Below the pieces are notes generated by a model. That model ran no database searches, had not been told where the DNA came from, and was given only the letters and a program-made list of their open reading frames with translations. Both the position numbers and the translations under genes were made by a program. Of a DNA stretch of 64,000 nucleotides, positions 1-14,072 are shown piece by piece. The DNA comes from Geosiphon pyriformis uo1 (lineage: Eukaryota > Fungi > Glomeromycota), in contig JAAOMT010000563.1 of NCBI GenBank assembly GCA_016748015.1, positions 434,001 through 498,000 on the forward strand, written 5' to 3'. How positions within the stretch are numbered: the stretch's first letter is position 1; every line of letters begins with the position of its first letter.

Positions 1-1752
1 AACTGAACTCGTATTCATCAAAGATAAAAGAGAGATTACAAAGAGTACCTGCAAAACATTCAAAACCATATTTAAATCCAAATTCGAATTTGAATTTAAG
101 GAAACAATTACAGCAGAAGAAGAATATTAAGAAACAAATACCATAGGCACCAGATCAACTATGCTCAGCTTTTTAATAATACTCAACACTTGATCAGCTA
201 AAAGCTCTAAAAAACATTCCAGAGAAGCCAGGCAATCATTAATCAGAGAACTATTTTGAACAACTAGTGTGTTTTCTTTATTAAATAAAGCACCAGAAAA
301 AAAGAAACTGGAATTAGAGCCAAAGTTGAAATAAAAATCACTAAAAGAAAAAGCAAGTAAGACCACTTGTGCCCAAGATTTGTTACTAAAAACAGCAAAA
401 TAGAAAGTTAGGACACTCTTTTTTACATACAACTTAGTAAGCTCAAGGTGGCTTTTTTCTAAGATAATTTTCTTATAAAATTTTGAAGAAAACAAGACTA
501 ATACATCCAATATATTACATTCAAGAGCTAAATGCCCAAAACATCTGCATTTCTTATACTTAACCAAATTCATCTTTGTCCAAAAGAATTTAATATCTTT
601 AAATATTAACACAATATGATAAACAGATTCTAACTTCTTACCTGTTTTAAAACAAATCATGCACAGCAAACCTGATTGCCAAAGTCCAATAAACAATTAA
701 TAATACAGGTTTTCTTACCAGTTTCTTTAAAAGAATATTCAAATCATAAGCAGTTGTCTCCATCAACAAAGTAAACAAAAGCATTTTAAACCAATCTCTT
801 AATGTTTAGATATTACAATCTCTCACAGCTTTGGCTATGTGCACAAAATTTTTATTGATTAAGAATAATTATCTAGCAGCCAACAGATCAGCTTGACCTA
901 ATTCAGTGAATTTTATCACAGTCTTTTGCTACATTCCAATTAATTAAATTTTGATTAACACAATCTGACCAAACTTGGCAACTGCAGCGACGATCATTTT
1001 TTTAGGCATATCTATGGGAATTTTTTTGATTACTATAGCTTAATTTTTTCAAACTTTAAGGAGGTAGTGATTTTTCCAAAACCATTAACTAATGAAAAAT
1101 TTTTTCTAATAAATTAAGTTTTTGCTATTGCTAATTTCTTTTTCACAGCTAAAAGATTGATATTTAGAGCAAAAAATTTCTTAACTAATACTTTAATCTG
1201 GGTTTTCACAATTTTGAAATCAATTCATCTTTTGTCAAAAGAGATATTGAGAGAAAAAGGGAGAAAATTCATATTTTCATTTATTCCAAAGTCAATAATA
1301 TCAATAAGAAGACCATTAACCAAATTAGTATTGTTTTTCTTAGCTTTAGAGATTGATACAGCCAAGCCAAGAAAAAAACACCACTTAAGTTCATCACAGA
1401 ACCACCAATCTTACTGTCATTAAATTCATTGTCTATATCCAAATACATGTCTTTATTAATACCAGATTTGATCAAAGAAATTTTTTTTCATTACCAGAGT
1501 GTTTTATATTGCCAACAGAGACTTTTTTCTTTTGAAAAAAAGTATCATCAACAGAATTATGAAAAATATTCTTAGAAGCCTTTTTTTTAAATATACTACT
1601 ATTTGAAATAGTCTTCAAGTTCACCACAAAAGAATTATTAGCTTAAAAAATATTAAGAGAAATAAAACCAGGTAGATAAAATAAAAAAAACTTCTTTTTT
1701 TGAAAAATTGCTCTTTGAAGAATTTAGATAAAAGAAAGAAAGAAGTTTTTTT
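1..1752 (-). mobile_element. Degenerate LINE copy A: 5' UTR and ORF1 only, continuing off the window start
   Basis: ORF fragments (IGLWQ..., VKYKKCRCFGHLALEC zinc knuckle, KSWAQVV, LELLADQV) match ORF1 of the copies at 33-35 kb and 52-54 kb. The 5' UTR at about 1620-1750 resembles 34800-34920. It has many stops and is more AT-eroded than the other copies. Confidence 0.85.
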
Positions 1753-4700
1753 TATATGTATTTTTAATTAAGTTTATTTTGAAAAAATATATAAAAATCA
1801 AAATAATAATATTAAATAATTTTTTTATTAAGTATTTTTATATAATTATTATTTAAATTAAAATATTTAAATTACAAAATTTATTTTAATTAATTATATA
1901 TTAACTAATTAAAATTTTTTAGAAAATAAAAAAAAATTATTAAATTGTTATTGTTTTTAATATATTTACAAATAATTTAGATATAATATTTAAAAATCAA
2001 TTCTTAATTTTATAATCAATTTTATTAAAAATAATTAAAATATTTTATTGTTTATTTAAAATATATAAACTGCTTTAAAATAAAAATTAATATATAAAAT
2101 TCTATTAAATAACTGAATAATTTTAAAAAAATATTATTGCTAATTAATATAAAAATAATTACAAGTTTTAAATTTTTAACTATATTTAAATCTTTTTTAT
2201 TATATAGTTTTTTCAAAAATTTAATATAAATACTTATTAACAAATAACTAAATAAATATTTAATAATACCAATAAAAATACAAATTTTTTTATTATTTGG
2301 TTTAAACAAAAGTTTAAAATCTTAATTTTAATGTCTTAATAACAATTAAAATTAGAAAAAAGAAATCAAAATTCTAAAAAAATTATAATTAAACATATTA
2401 AAGTTATATAAAAAACAAAAAATTTATGTTTTATGTTTTTTAGTTTTTATTGGTTTTTAAAAACAATTTAATAATAAATATAATTATTAAATTTGTTTAA
2501 AAATAAAAAAAACCCAAAAAATATATATTTAAACAATATATTTTTTCTATTTATATTTTTTTGTTTTTGTTTTAATTTTTTAAATAACAGTTATTTTTTT
2601 GCTTAAATTTTAAATTCTAATAAATACTTAATTAATAAATTTATTATTAATTTTGCTTAATTATTATAATTATTAATCTAAACAATACATAAAAACTAAC
2701 ATTTTTAAAAACTTAAATATAATCATATTTTAATTGGTTTTAATAATTATAGTTTTTATTAACTAATATATATATTAATTATTTAATATTATATAATTAA
2801 CTATTTTAATTTTAAATAATAATTTTTAATTTAATTAATAATTTTGTTATTAATTTTTTTTTAAAAGATATATTAGCAATAAATTTTTTAATTATAAAAA
2901 AACATAAAATTTAAGTATTAAATATAATAAATATATATATTTAAATATTTGTAAATAATAAGTTATTTATTAATATTTACATTTTTTATTTTTTATTTTT
3001 TTTAATTTGTATTGTTAAAATTAGGTTAAAAAGTTATTTGCTTACTTTTATAATTTATTAAATAAAAACATATTATTATTAATTCTAAAAATCATTAAAG
3101 TAAAACATAAAATAATAAAAGTAATATTATTTTGTTAACAATTATAAATTATTTTTTGAATTTTTTTTAATTTAATTTTTTTTAATTTAATTTTTTAAAG
3201 AAAATATTTTAATTAAAATTATTTTTTATTGATAAACATAGTTTAAAAAATGAAAATACAAAATTATTTAAATTTATATTAATTTAATTGTTAAAATAAT
3301 AAATTCATTAAAAAAAATTAAATAAAAAGACTTAAATTTATATTAAAAGCAAGAATAAATAGACTTTTTTAATAATAATACTCTTTAAAAAAAAAGTATA
3401 AATTTATATTTTTGTGTTAATTATTATAAATTAATATTATTATAACAAAAATTTATAGTTTTTTTTAATATTTAAAAATTATTAAACAAATTTAAAAATA
3501 CTGTTTTTTTTTAATATTAAATTTTAATAAATAAAAATAGATTTTAAAAGTTATTGCAAAATTGTTTTTATTATTAAATATAATATATACAAATTTACAA
3601 TTATGTTTTTTAAATTAACAAATACTTTTTTAATAATAATATACAAAGTATTTATATTAGTTAATGAAAATTTTGTTTAAATCTATATAAACAATATAAT
3701 TGTATTATTAAAAATTTAAAATAAATATTTTAAATATTTACAAAAAGCTTTTAATTTTTAAAAAAATACAAATTTAAAATTTAATTTAATTTAATCTTAT
3801 TTGGCTAATAATTTATTTAATTTTTTAAATATTTTATTATTTTTAATTTAACAAAAATCAAAAAAGTTTAATTAATAAATATAATTAAAATATAATTTTT
3901 TTCATTGTTTATTACTAAAAATTTGTTTTTTATTTTATTATTTTTTAAAAATATTAAATATTATTAAAATATTTATTTATAAAAAGCTTATAAAACTTTA
4001 AAAACCTATTACTAAATTTATTTAAAACAATATTATATAAAAAAAAATTTTATTTTTATTTTTATGATTATAACTAAAAAAAAGAATAAAAAAAGTTCAA
4101 ATATTACTTTTTCTATAGTAATTAATAAAATTTTATTAAAAAAAATACTTTTTATTATAAAAACAGCTAAACAAAATATTTTAAAAATATTTTTTTTAAA
4201 TTTTTAAAGTCTTTTTTTTTTGGTCAATAGTTTTTTTCCAGTTAAAGTTTTTTTTAAGAAACATATTAGAATTAATCTTAATATTGTTTTTATATTCTTT
4301 AAAAATTCCAAAATTTTTAATAATAAATTAATTAACAAGCTGGTTTTTTTTGTTATTATTATTATTACTATTTTATAAATAACCAAAAAATTAAAAAATT
4401 AAAAAAACAATAATAATTACTTGTATTTATTATTGTTATATTGAATTTTTTTGTGATTTTAAATAAAATTTTCAATAAGATTTCTGTTATAACAATTTGT
4501 TTTTTTCTTAATATAAACAACAACAATAATAATAACATATTTTTTAAAATAAAATTAGATTAACTATTAATTATATTGTCAAAACTAATATTTTTTAACA
4601 GATTTTTATTAATTTTAAAAGTAAAACAAAACATATTTTTAAGTATATCTCTAATTAATTAGCTTATTAAATTATCTAATTTTAAGAATTAAGCAAATTA

Positions 4701-5600
4701 AATAAAACTGAATTAAACTTTGCTTTTCTGTTTTTTGGAACTATTTTTAATAGTGCTTAAAAAACAATTTCTAATTGTTAAATTTTTTTGATTAGATAAT
4801 TTTCACTTTGGTATTTAATATTATATTCAAAATTAAATTGGCTTTTGTTAATTTTTTGTTGGATTCAAGTTAGTTTTTTATAAATTTTGCATTTCAGAAT
4901 TTTCTGAATATAATTATTAAAATTACTATTAATAATTCTGTGTTTTTGTTTATTTTAATGTTATAGTAATCTTTGTTTTTTATTTTTTTTCTGTTATAAT
5001 TTGTAATATCTTTTTTAATATGTTTTTTAATAATATTAAAAATGCTTTTGGTGTTTTTAGTAGTTTTTTCTATTAAGTTGAAGTCTACTAATTTGTAATA
5101 ATATGTTATTGTTTATTTTAAGAATTTTTTCTGTTATTGTTGCTCTTGTTTATTGGTTTGTACTGATAAAAAAAAACAGTGTTAAGATTTTTTTTTTGTT
5201 TAACCAAAAAGAGATTATACTTTAAGAAATACTTTCAAGACCAAATTGATCAATCTTTTATTTAACTCTACTGTTTTTAAGATTAGTAATTTAATTTTTC
5301 AAGTTGGTAGTCATATCTGCTTTGTCTTTTGTTCTTTTGATACTTATTGTTATTAACACTTTGTAACTTTGATAAATTTATACCAAATGCTATGTATGCA
5401 AATTTTTTCAAACTCTTAAAGCTTAATTGATACAACCAAAAGCATTAAAATAATAATAATAATAATAATAATTTTTATTTTTTAATGTATTTTGTATGTA
5501 TAAAAAAGTGCAAAATTTAAAAAAATATTTCTTGTATTTTTTAATTACAATTTACTTATTTTTCTAATAAGAAAAATAATAGATTTGGAATTATTCAGAT
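1753..5600. repeat. Extremely AT-rich, CpG-free block; probably hyper-mutated transposon relics
   Basis: Almost only A/T with no credible ORF. 4560-4810 aligns colinearly with 24735-24990. Confidence 0.6.
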
Positions 5601-6104
5601 TCTATTGGTAAATAGTTTACAATTCATTAATATATTTGAGATAAAGTTAAACCTATACTTGGCTCACTTTTGATTAACCATTACTCTACAATGAAATCCA
5701 TAATCTTTTTGAGAGCTCCTTGACTTAACATCGATTTACTTCAAATCAATTGCGGGACTTGGTATGAAAACTTGAACACTAATTGATTGCTCAATGCTGA
5801 GATTCAGAAAGCACCAAATTCATCGGGAAAGTTATTTGGTTAATCGTAATTGGCTTGTGTAGGGAGAAGTTCAAGAAGAGTATGATTTATTCATTCAAGA
5901 AGGTGTCAGTGATCAATTGTAGAAACTTTTACATTGATGAATTGATTAATAAAATCAACTTCATCGATCTTGACGGTATTTCCAATAGTCCATTCTGACA
6001 TCATAGAACCCATTTCATTGATCCCCCAAATTCTTTATATATACTTTGGTTTTCATTCGATTTTATGTCTCGATCATATCTTTCACATCTAGGTGTCTAC
6101 CTCA

Positions 6105-8026
6105 ATGTTTCGCCGAAAATCAAAGAATAAAACCCTTGATGTGTTTCCTAATAATCTTCATGATACTGGTTACATGATCGATGCTAACGGTCAACTATGT
6201 TATCTAAGCGGTAAATATCCATCTCGTGCGGAATAAAAATAATTTTGATTCGCTAACTATGGAGGATCTTACTTATTAGGAAAGCCTTATAATTTTCATG
6301 ACGGAATTCGACGCCAAAGCATCCAATTGTATGATCATCTAGTTGGCGAGTACCTCGGATAAATTTGGGGAAATTTTGATAATCACGAAATTTGCTAACA
6401 TTTTTCATTTATCAATTCATTTTTAAGATCTTTTAACTGAACATGTGGGCAAATTATTGATCAATGAACATGGCCTTGAGGAGACATATCTCCCTATTGG
6501 AAACACCAAAGATGATATTCACACCAAAATTTATTTGAGGTTAGATGTTACTTTTGATTTTCATAACCCCCTCAACAAAGATCATTGATTTATATTTTTA
6601 TTTTCTATTTTAAAAGTCCAGATGTTTTTGAGAATGAAAAGATGATGGTCTTCGTTCCTTGCACCGGTTATCCGTAAGTTTATTCCTCTTTTCATGATGT
6701 GAGTAATATAGTTCATCTCCTGATTGAAATTCTCTTTGTATAGAGTTGGGGTTTGGTCAAGGCGAGTCATGGTAGATCATTCAGTTCCGGTAAGTTAAAA
6801 TTGGTATCCATTGGTTAATTTTCACGATATTGGCATTGAATTAATCTATCTTTGAATCCATCTTCCTCAGGACGGTTCAATGCTCAAGTATACGGAACGT
6901 GCCAGACAATTAGGTTTTTCCCTTATCATCACAAACCCAAATGAAGTTTACTGGTGCAATGGGAAGGCAGTGGTAAGTTAAGATTCACGCTCCTTTGATA
7001 TTCAGTATTTCGCTTGGTTCCTTGATTTAAATTTTATTATGGATTTCTATTCGAATGTAGTTGGCATTACCAAAACCTAGTGTTGGCTATAAAAAAATTC
7101 CAGGTTTGATAAAAAGTATATCAACTAATTTCTTAACTCGCTATATACTCATTCTTTTAAAATGCGATACAGAAAATGATACTCCTGAAGCTCATATCAA
7201 TTACGTCTTTAAAAATTTTATCATGTAAATGCCATCTCGATATCGAAAAGCTGTTTCCGAATGATTTCATTAATAATGTTTCTGCTATTCCTTTTCAAAT
7301 AGACCTTCGGGTGCCAAGAAAATTTTCATCATTGCCGATACGTATGGTGGTCACTGCGTTGTAAATGCGATGGAAAAGTATTGTAAGTGGTCAATTCTTT
7401 GAAATATTGTCATGGAATCAAATTATTTGGATCTGTTCATTAAACCCAAATATTATGGATTATGCCATGATTCTTGGTTTCCAAGTCGAAAAACTTCGAT
7501 ACAGAGTAAGGAGAATCGATTTTGTAACGTCTACACATTCTATTGACAATCTGAAATCTAACGGAGTCAAGCTTTGGATTCAGCAGGTAGGTATTCTTGA
7601 AACTTTGAGTTTTAATTAAAAACCTTGGTTTGGCTTCAAAAAAATTTCCCTAATTGTATTACAGCGTTGTCGAAATTGGATTAATTCGGATAAAGAATTT
7701 GGCCAAGAAATCAACGATCCGAAATTAGGATGCATCAGTTATTCATCAGGTAATAGTAAAAGTTGTATTCCTCTTTAGTATTTTGCTAATTCGGGTCGGT
7801 GGTTGATGATGTAGGTTCTAAATTCCAAGAATTTATTATCCGTGATATTATTGAAATCACATTTAAAAGCCTTATTTGTCAGCTTAATTACAAAGAAACA
7901 TGGGACACGGATGGAGAAAGCGATACTGAAGACGAAAATTGGGACTTGTCAGAAGTTGAAGTTGCCCGAGTGATGGCTAATACAAAGATTATTGATATGT
8001 CTGAGGGTATCGAGCTAACAGTTTAA
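6105..8026 (+). CDS. arb2: Arb2-domain (FAM172A/ARB2A-like) Argonaute-binding protein, about 12 exons
   Basis: Manual splicing gives MFRRKSKNKTLDVFPNNLHDTGYMIDANGQL...VGVWSRRVMVDHSVPDGSMLKYTERARQLGFSLIITNPN...TPEAHINYVFKNFI...IFIIADTYGGHCVV...STHS...CRNWINSD... with an acidic tail. This matches Arb2/FAM172 motifs (GQWARR, IVLNPN, PEEH, AHSYGG, NWVSS). Approximate exons: 6105-6210, 6280-6345, 6428-6539, 6617-6673, 6744-6789, 6871-6972, 7061-7103, 7173-7224, 7302-7382, 7486-7586, 7665-7749, 7815-8026. Confidence 0.85.
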
Positions 8027-8625
8027 TGATTAGGAATTTATAGTCAACTGATTTCGGGGGATTGTTAATCGATGAAGAATTTGATAGAAAAGTGAGGGTA
8101 CAAAACTAAATTATGATCATAATTATAGTGGTAAAGATACTTTCACATCAAAAGATTTCATCGACTAAAATGGTACAAGTGAAATGAAGAGATTTTTAAG
8201 CCTAATATAATCCGTGACAGGTAGAAACTCTAAACTTTTTAGCGCAACTTATTAGATGTGAGATATTCGGTCGTGTCGTTATTTAATATATGAGAGGTCA
8301 GTTTACTATTGTGAGTAAGTGATGGGCATTGCAAAGTTTTTATAGTTAATCTACTTTTCAAAACGAAAAGATGCTAACTTAAAATATTATTTATTTACAC
8401 TTTGGGGAGCAAATAAGATTTTTTTATTTGTTTAAAAATTGACATGCATCTAGTCGATTAAGTTACCCGATTTTTTTTGTGCTGAAACCCAACTGGGTAT
8501 GGCTGAGGTAATTACATGATTATAATTCCTGGGAAATGAATATTTTTTTTTTTAAAAATCAAAATTTGGGTAATTTAAAGATTATAGAAAGATATTCGGA
8601 GACCACAATAGCTACTAGTGACAAG

Positions 8626-8670
<45 letters not shown>
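8626..8670 (+). repeat. (AAC)15 microsatellite
   Basis: Direct reading of the tandem repeat. Confidence 0.95.
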
Positions 8671-8672
<2 letters not shown>

Positions 8673-9274
8673 AAACAAAAACGAATCTAATAGTGAAATG
8701 AGACACATGAATTTTTCTAATCCGCCAAAAAAGCGCCTTTAATTATTTTTTCTAAAATTCGATTTTCACAATGCATTTTTATATTGAGACAAGCTTGAAA
8801 ATGTGACCATTGTCACAGAGTAATAATTACACAATAGAAACATTATTGTGATTTAAAATTAAAAATCAATTTTTTCATTCATTATTCATTAAAAAAAATC
8901 CGGGAATCTTTTTATAATTTTTTAATAATAGGGCTTACATGATCGTCGTCAAAGTTAGCCCGGGTAGAATGTCACAAAATTGATCCATTGTCTGTTTCCC
9001 AATTTTTTTTTTTAAATGTGATTAATCATTTGGTCATGAAAAATTTTTATGATTCAAAGTATTTGAGGTTAAAATCATAATTTTTTCCGTGATAAATATT
9101 TTTTCACAATTATTAAAAAATAAGTTTTACAAAGTTATTCTAGGGCAATTTTAAGGATTATCATTTAATGCAAGGCTCATAAAATGTAAATTTTTCTTAC
9201 ATTGTTCAAAAAAAAATAAAATAATAATAATTACAAAATCTATTTTTTTGTTCTTTTGTTCACACTGTTTATAC

Positions 9275-9325
9275 AACACGCACACACACACATACAGACA
9301 TAAACACACACACACACACACACAC
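9275..9325 (+). repeat. Interrupted (CA)n microsatellite
   Basis: Direct reading. Confidence 0.9.
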
Positions 9326-10248
9326 TATCAATCATTTGTAACAAAGTACCTTTTTTTCTTTTTCGTTTCTCACATTGAAAATGTGACTTGATTATTGTCT
9401 TGAATTAATTTCGGTTGTATCTCAAAAGATTTTTTTGAGACGTTACAGATCGAGTATCATGAATTTAAAAAATGATATTATTTTTTCTTATATAAACTCT
9501 TTTTAACAATTTTTTTTTCTCTTTAATCACAAAGAAGAAGAAGAATAAGAAGAAGAACAACAAGAATTTTCCATTCCCTTTTAAAACTAAAAAATATCAA
9601 AAAAATGTAAAAAGAAAATAAATAAAAAAAATAATTTAATGATTCAAATTGAAACGATATATATTTTTTTTGTCACGTAGTATTATAAATTATTTTATTA
9701 TTACTATCTATTCAAAATTGTCAGCATCAACAATCAAATTACTCTCACCTCGTTGTCCCCTTATATTCTTATTGGATTCCAACTAAAAATCTGAAATTCA
9801 ATATAAAATTTGCTCTCATTTTTCTTTTTTTTATACGACAAAAAAAAAAAAAACAACGATAATGAATAATTTCTCCGATTCAAAAAATCACACATCATCA
9901 TTACGGACTCTCCATCATCTTCGACTTGTCATGATTCAATAAGAGTCACAACAAGTAAAATTGGAGTAATAAACACCAACCCCCACCAGATAAACCAAAA
10001 CCAAAGACACAACCAAAATATCATTCATTTATTCCTTTCAAACTTTGGAAAACGTCTTTGTTGAAAAAATCACTTTTTAAAAATATATATGGTATATTAT
10101 ACCATTTCTTTGCTATTGAGATTGTTAAATAATGGTTTTGTAAATATTCAAAATGTACAACTTGTCTATTTATGTATTTTAAATGATTTTTACTTTGTTT
10201 ATCGAATCTCGATAAATTATGAGTCACACGCCATACTTCTTCAACAGT

Positions 10249-10278
10249 TTTCGTTTCGTTTCGTTTCGTTTCGTTTCG
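10249..10278 (+). repeat. (TTTCG)6 pentanucleotide repeat
   Basis: Direct reading. Its CpGs are retained. Confidence 0.9.
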
Positions 10279-10970
10279 TCATCCATTTTGACAATATTAT
10301 TTCATTTGTAACCCATATACATGTATATCTTTGAGAATTTTTAACGTTTTTTTTACTCCCCTCGTTTTTTGATTTTTTTTTCGCGCTAGAAGAAGAAACC
10401 GTTTGAAATCGATAAATGACTTCCTTTTTTATTTTATTCTAAAAAAATTGAATAACTCTACAGTTTGGTTTTTTTCAGAAATACTTATTATTTTAAAAAA
10501 AAAACCCCCTTTCCGTTTCCTTGGATCCCAAAAAAAATTTAAAAATTTCCAAATATATAAAATCTTTATCAAAAAAAAATTGTTTAATATTAATTTGTAC
10601 TTTACTTTACTTTATTTCTTTTTTTTTTTTAAGCTTTGTATCATATAAATTTTAAATAATAAAAAAAACATGTTAAAATTTTCGTGAAAATTTTAAATTG
10701 AAAGAAATTTTTATCCAATAGGAAATTTCATATTTCAATTGATTTGATTTATATAATTCTGTATATTAATTTATTTTTAAAATTTAATCATTTTTGAATC
10801 TTATCATTAAAAAAATAATTACAAATATCATCTAAAAAAATTTTGATATTATAATTATTTTGCTCAAAAAATGTTCTCAAAAAATAGTTTACATTTTATT
10901 TTATATCTTTAACTTAATAAATTCTATACCATTTCTTGAATTCAAAAATTGTAATCATATTTTTGCATCC

Positions 10971-12040
10971 TCATGATTTCAGCTGTTCTTCTCTTTGTAA
11001 AACTTCTCGATCCAGTTTGATTAATATGGTGGTTCGAAGTGGAAAACCTTCTATTGGTACTGAATGTGCTGTAACACGCGAAGGCTAATAATATAAAAAA
11101 AAGTTTAATAATTAATATATTTCTGTCCCAACCTTTTGTATTGCTTTTTCCCCTTCAATAATCCTACTCACGAATTGAGCCCCATCCAGAATTGCCTCTA
11201 CAATCCCAGCTAAAAACGCACAACAATTTAACTGCGATAATTCCTTTGGTACTGAGATGAACTTACTTATCAGCGGATCATTATCCGATATCATGTCTAG
11301 TAGATTAAGAATTCAATCATTCATTCCAAATAACCAAAAAGAAAATGACATAAAATATTCAAGATTCTCACTCACATTCATCTTCATTCTCGGTACTTTT
11401 CTCCAATGAGTCTGCCGGTTTGCCGAACAATGTTTTCCATACCGTAGTATTGATGAAAGATAATATACCTAGAACACGCGTCTCACGTTTACTGTTTTTC
11501 TCTCGCCACACTATCAGTTCGAGCAGACGGGTGCCTACTCGATATCCGAAGTCATTTAACCTGAAAAATTGATATTGGTGATTTTTATCCACAAGGAAGA
11601 ATTATACCACTTAATCATAGATACCAAATCGGAAAAATGAATAGGAGAAATAGCTAAAGTAGTATTACCCCACAAAAAAGACTTACTTTCGTTCCAAGTC
11701 TTGAATCCCAAGTACACGCTTTTGTGCATATTGTAACATTTCAGAGAACAAGAATGCGAAGGCGTTTAATCCGATCTACCCTCAATTTTATTAAACATCA
11801 ATTTTAATCGTTACTGTAAAAAGTGAAAGATCGAAACAAAGAAACAGCTTTTCTTAAAATGAGGCTGCCATTCTATTCGAGGAATCTCTTTTTTTTTTTT
11901 TTTTTTGAAATACTTGATAAATGTACCTCGGCAGTCTTGGTTTTGTTCAAATTTCGATCTACAATCGAGACACGTTTCGAAGAATGGTACCGTGTTTCTG
12001 TCGCGGCTGATATGACTGAAAGTCGTGAAGTTTGAGACAT
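10971..12040 (-). CDS. trs31: TRAPP complex subunit Trs31/TRAPPC5, 5 exons
   Basis: Spliced product: MSQTSRLS...[13 protein letters not shown]|[21 protein letters not shown]...[21 protein letters not shown]...[20 protein letters not shown]...[35 protein letters not shown]...RTTILIKLD. Confidence 0.95.
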
Positions 12041-12239
12041 TTGTGTGCAGTAAAAGCGGTGGCTGTTGATGCCGAGAAAGTCTGAGGGGACACATTACCC
12101 GATCAGACTTTTGGTCTTCAATCAGGTGACTGACTACGAAACAGTGACTGCTAACCACTAAATAATTTATGATCCAAACAAGTTGATCTAAAATTCCTAG
12201 ATGTACTCGTTCTCTTCCTGCCTATGAGAGTCTTTGCAA
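12041..12239. promoter_or_regulatory. Short bidirectional promoter between divergent trs31 and elc1
   Basis: About 200 bp separates the two ATGs. The spacer is GC- and CpG-richer than its surroundings. Confidence 0.6.
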
Positions 12240-12828
12240 ATGTCACTTACAAACCAAAGCGCAGAGTCTGTTAATCCTTCCACCGATCTCAAATCGGTCC
12301 CCGTAGCTTTTGAAGAACCCCCTGAACATGTGAAACTGATAAGCTCAGATGGTTTTGAGTTTATCATTGCACGTCAGGCTGCAATGTGTAGCGGAACGAT
12401 TAAAAACATGCTTTCTCAACCTAGTGAGTATACTCTTTTATTTGATTTGGGAAAAACTTTTTTTCCATCCTTGTTTTAATAACTTCTTTTCTCTCTTTCG
12501 TTTCATGTATTATTTAGGCCAATTTATGGAAGCGGAACAAAATCAGATTCATTTCCAATATATCAAGTAAGCTTAATAAAGATATTTTTGGAACTCAATG
12601 GGTAATATGGGTTTTTATTCCTTTATAGTATTCAAAAAATAGCATCACATTCAACCTAAATCTCAAATTCTTCTTATTCTTTTGAGAGCTGTAATCCTTG
12701 AGAAAGTATGCCAATATCTATATTACAAGCTTCGTTATACTGATTCTACCAGTGATATCCCGAATTTTGAGATCGATCCACAAATCAGTTTGGAATTGCT
12801 CATGACCGCTGATTTCTTGGATTGTTGA
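12240..12828 (+). CDS. elc1: Elongin C (Skp1/BTB family), 3 exons
   Basis: [29 protein letters not shown]...[13 protein letters not shown]...[15 protein letters not shown]...[23 protein letters not shown]. Confidence 0.95.
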
Positions 12829-14072
12829 ACTTTATGGGAGCCACAGAATAACCGAGAAATGTATTTTTTCAAAATCTTTTGTATTAATTATCTTTTTATT
12901 CTATTATCTCTTGTAATCATTGATTTAAGAATAAGAGTGCAAATTAATTTCTCATTTCCTATTAAATATTTCTTAATTAGTTGGACTATTTATGGAATTC
13001 AGGGCAGACTATCTCTTTAACCGATGCAATTCTATCTATATCGATGGGTAGAAGTTTACTCCGAGGTTGATTCCAATTAATATTAAACTAGGATCTCAAG
13101 GCTTTGATGTACAAGAAATCTGCATTTTACTTATACTGTTTCAAATTTTTCTCTCTTAAAAGATTTTCTTATCTTAAACCTTAATTTTCTTCAAAGATTT
13201 TTTTAGTAATGGCCTACAACCAACCTCGGATCTCATACAAATTTTAGTGAATTTGTAACTCCATTATTTATTACAACTTTCAGACACAATTATCATGATT
13301 AAAATAAATTTTTAATCATTCTCTTTGTTCAATTATTTATGCAAACATTTTCTTTTTTTACCAAAATTTTTAGAAATTTATTCAATAAACTCTTGGATGG
13401 TTCAGACAATTAAGGATTTTCAAATTTTTTTTGTAAATGTGCAAAATAATCATTTTTTGTTTTCAGCTTTATTATTTTAATTTATAACATGTATCATTTA
13501 AATTTTAAAATTTTATAGCCATTTATATTAAAAATTAATTGGACCAAGACATTTTTCTGTTTTCAATAATTAATCATGCTGTATCTTGGCCTTTTTATGG
13601 CTTGGGAACTTAGATGCCTTTATTCTCATTGATAAAAGAAAAAATTATGGTAAAACATTTAATCATTATAAAGTTAAACATACCATTGCAAATTTTAACT
13701 GGTTAAAAAATATCTGTGATTCAAACTGAATAATTTAAGATTTTGGTCCAAAGATCCAAAAATTCAGGTATTTTCGGGTGACTAGCTATTCGCGAAAACT
13801 TGGTGATTTAAAAACATATTCTTAAATTCAAAGTAATTTCCAAACACAAAGGTTTTATCTACACCATCTTCATTGTCAAAGATTAAAATTCATTCTAAGC
13901 GATTAAAAGCCTATGTAAAAAAGTTAAATAAGATTTACGATACTTTAGAGAAATGAAAAAGATTATTGAAAAGATCCGAAGAGAAATGTACCAAATTCAA
14001 GCTACGATAATCAACTCGTTCTTTCTTCATAATTTCAAATCTGCGATTTTGTGACCAGGCGTAAAAAGTTTG

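Noticed and set aside
2052-4386. I/L/F/K-rich ORFs in AT deserts (also 27519-27788 and 63171-63359), superficially mitochondrial-like
   Set aside because: These are compositional artefacts. I found no mitochondrial gene, rRNA or tRNA motifs, so a NUMT is unsupported.
8536-8742. 68-aa poly-Asn ORF ending in NLS-like PPKKRL
   Set aside because: It is created by an (AAC)15 microsatellite, with no splice or homology support.
11811-12158. Overlapping ORFs around the trs31 5' end (also 11823-12035), and antisense ORFs over TE and AGO sequence
   Set aside because: These are off-frame or antisense shadows of real exons.
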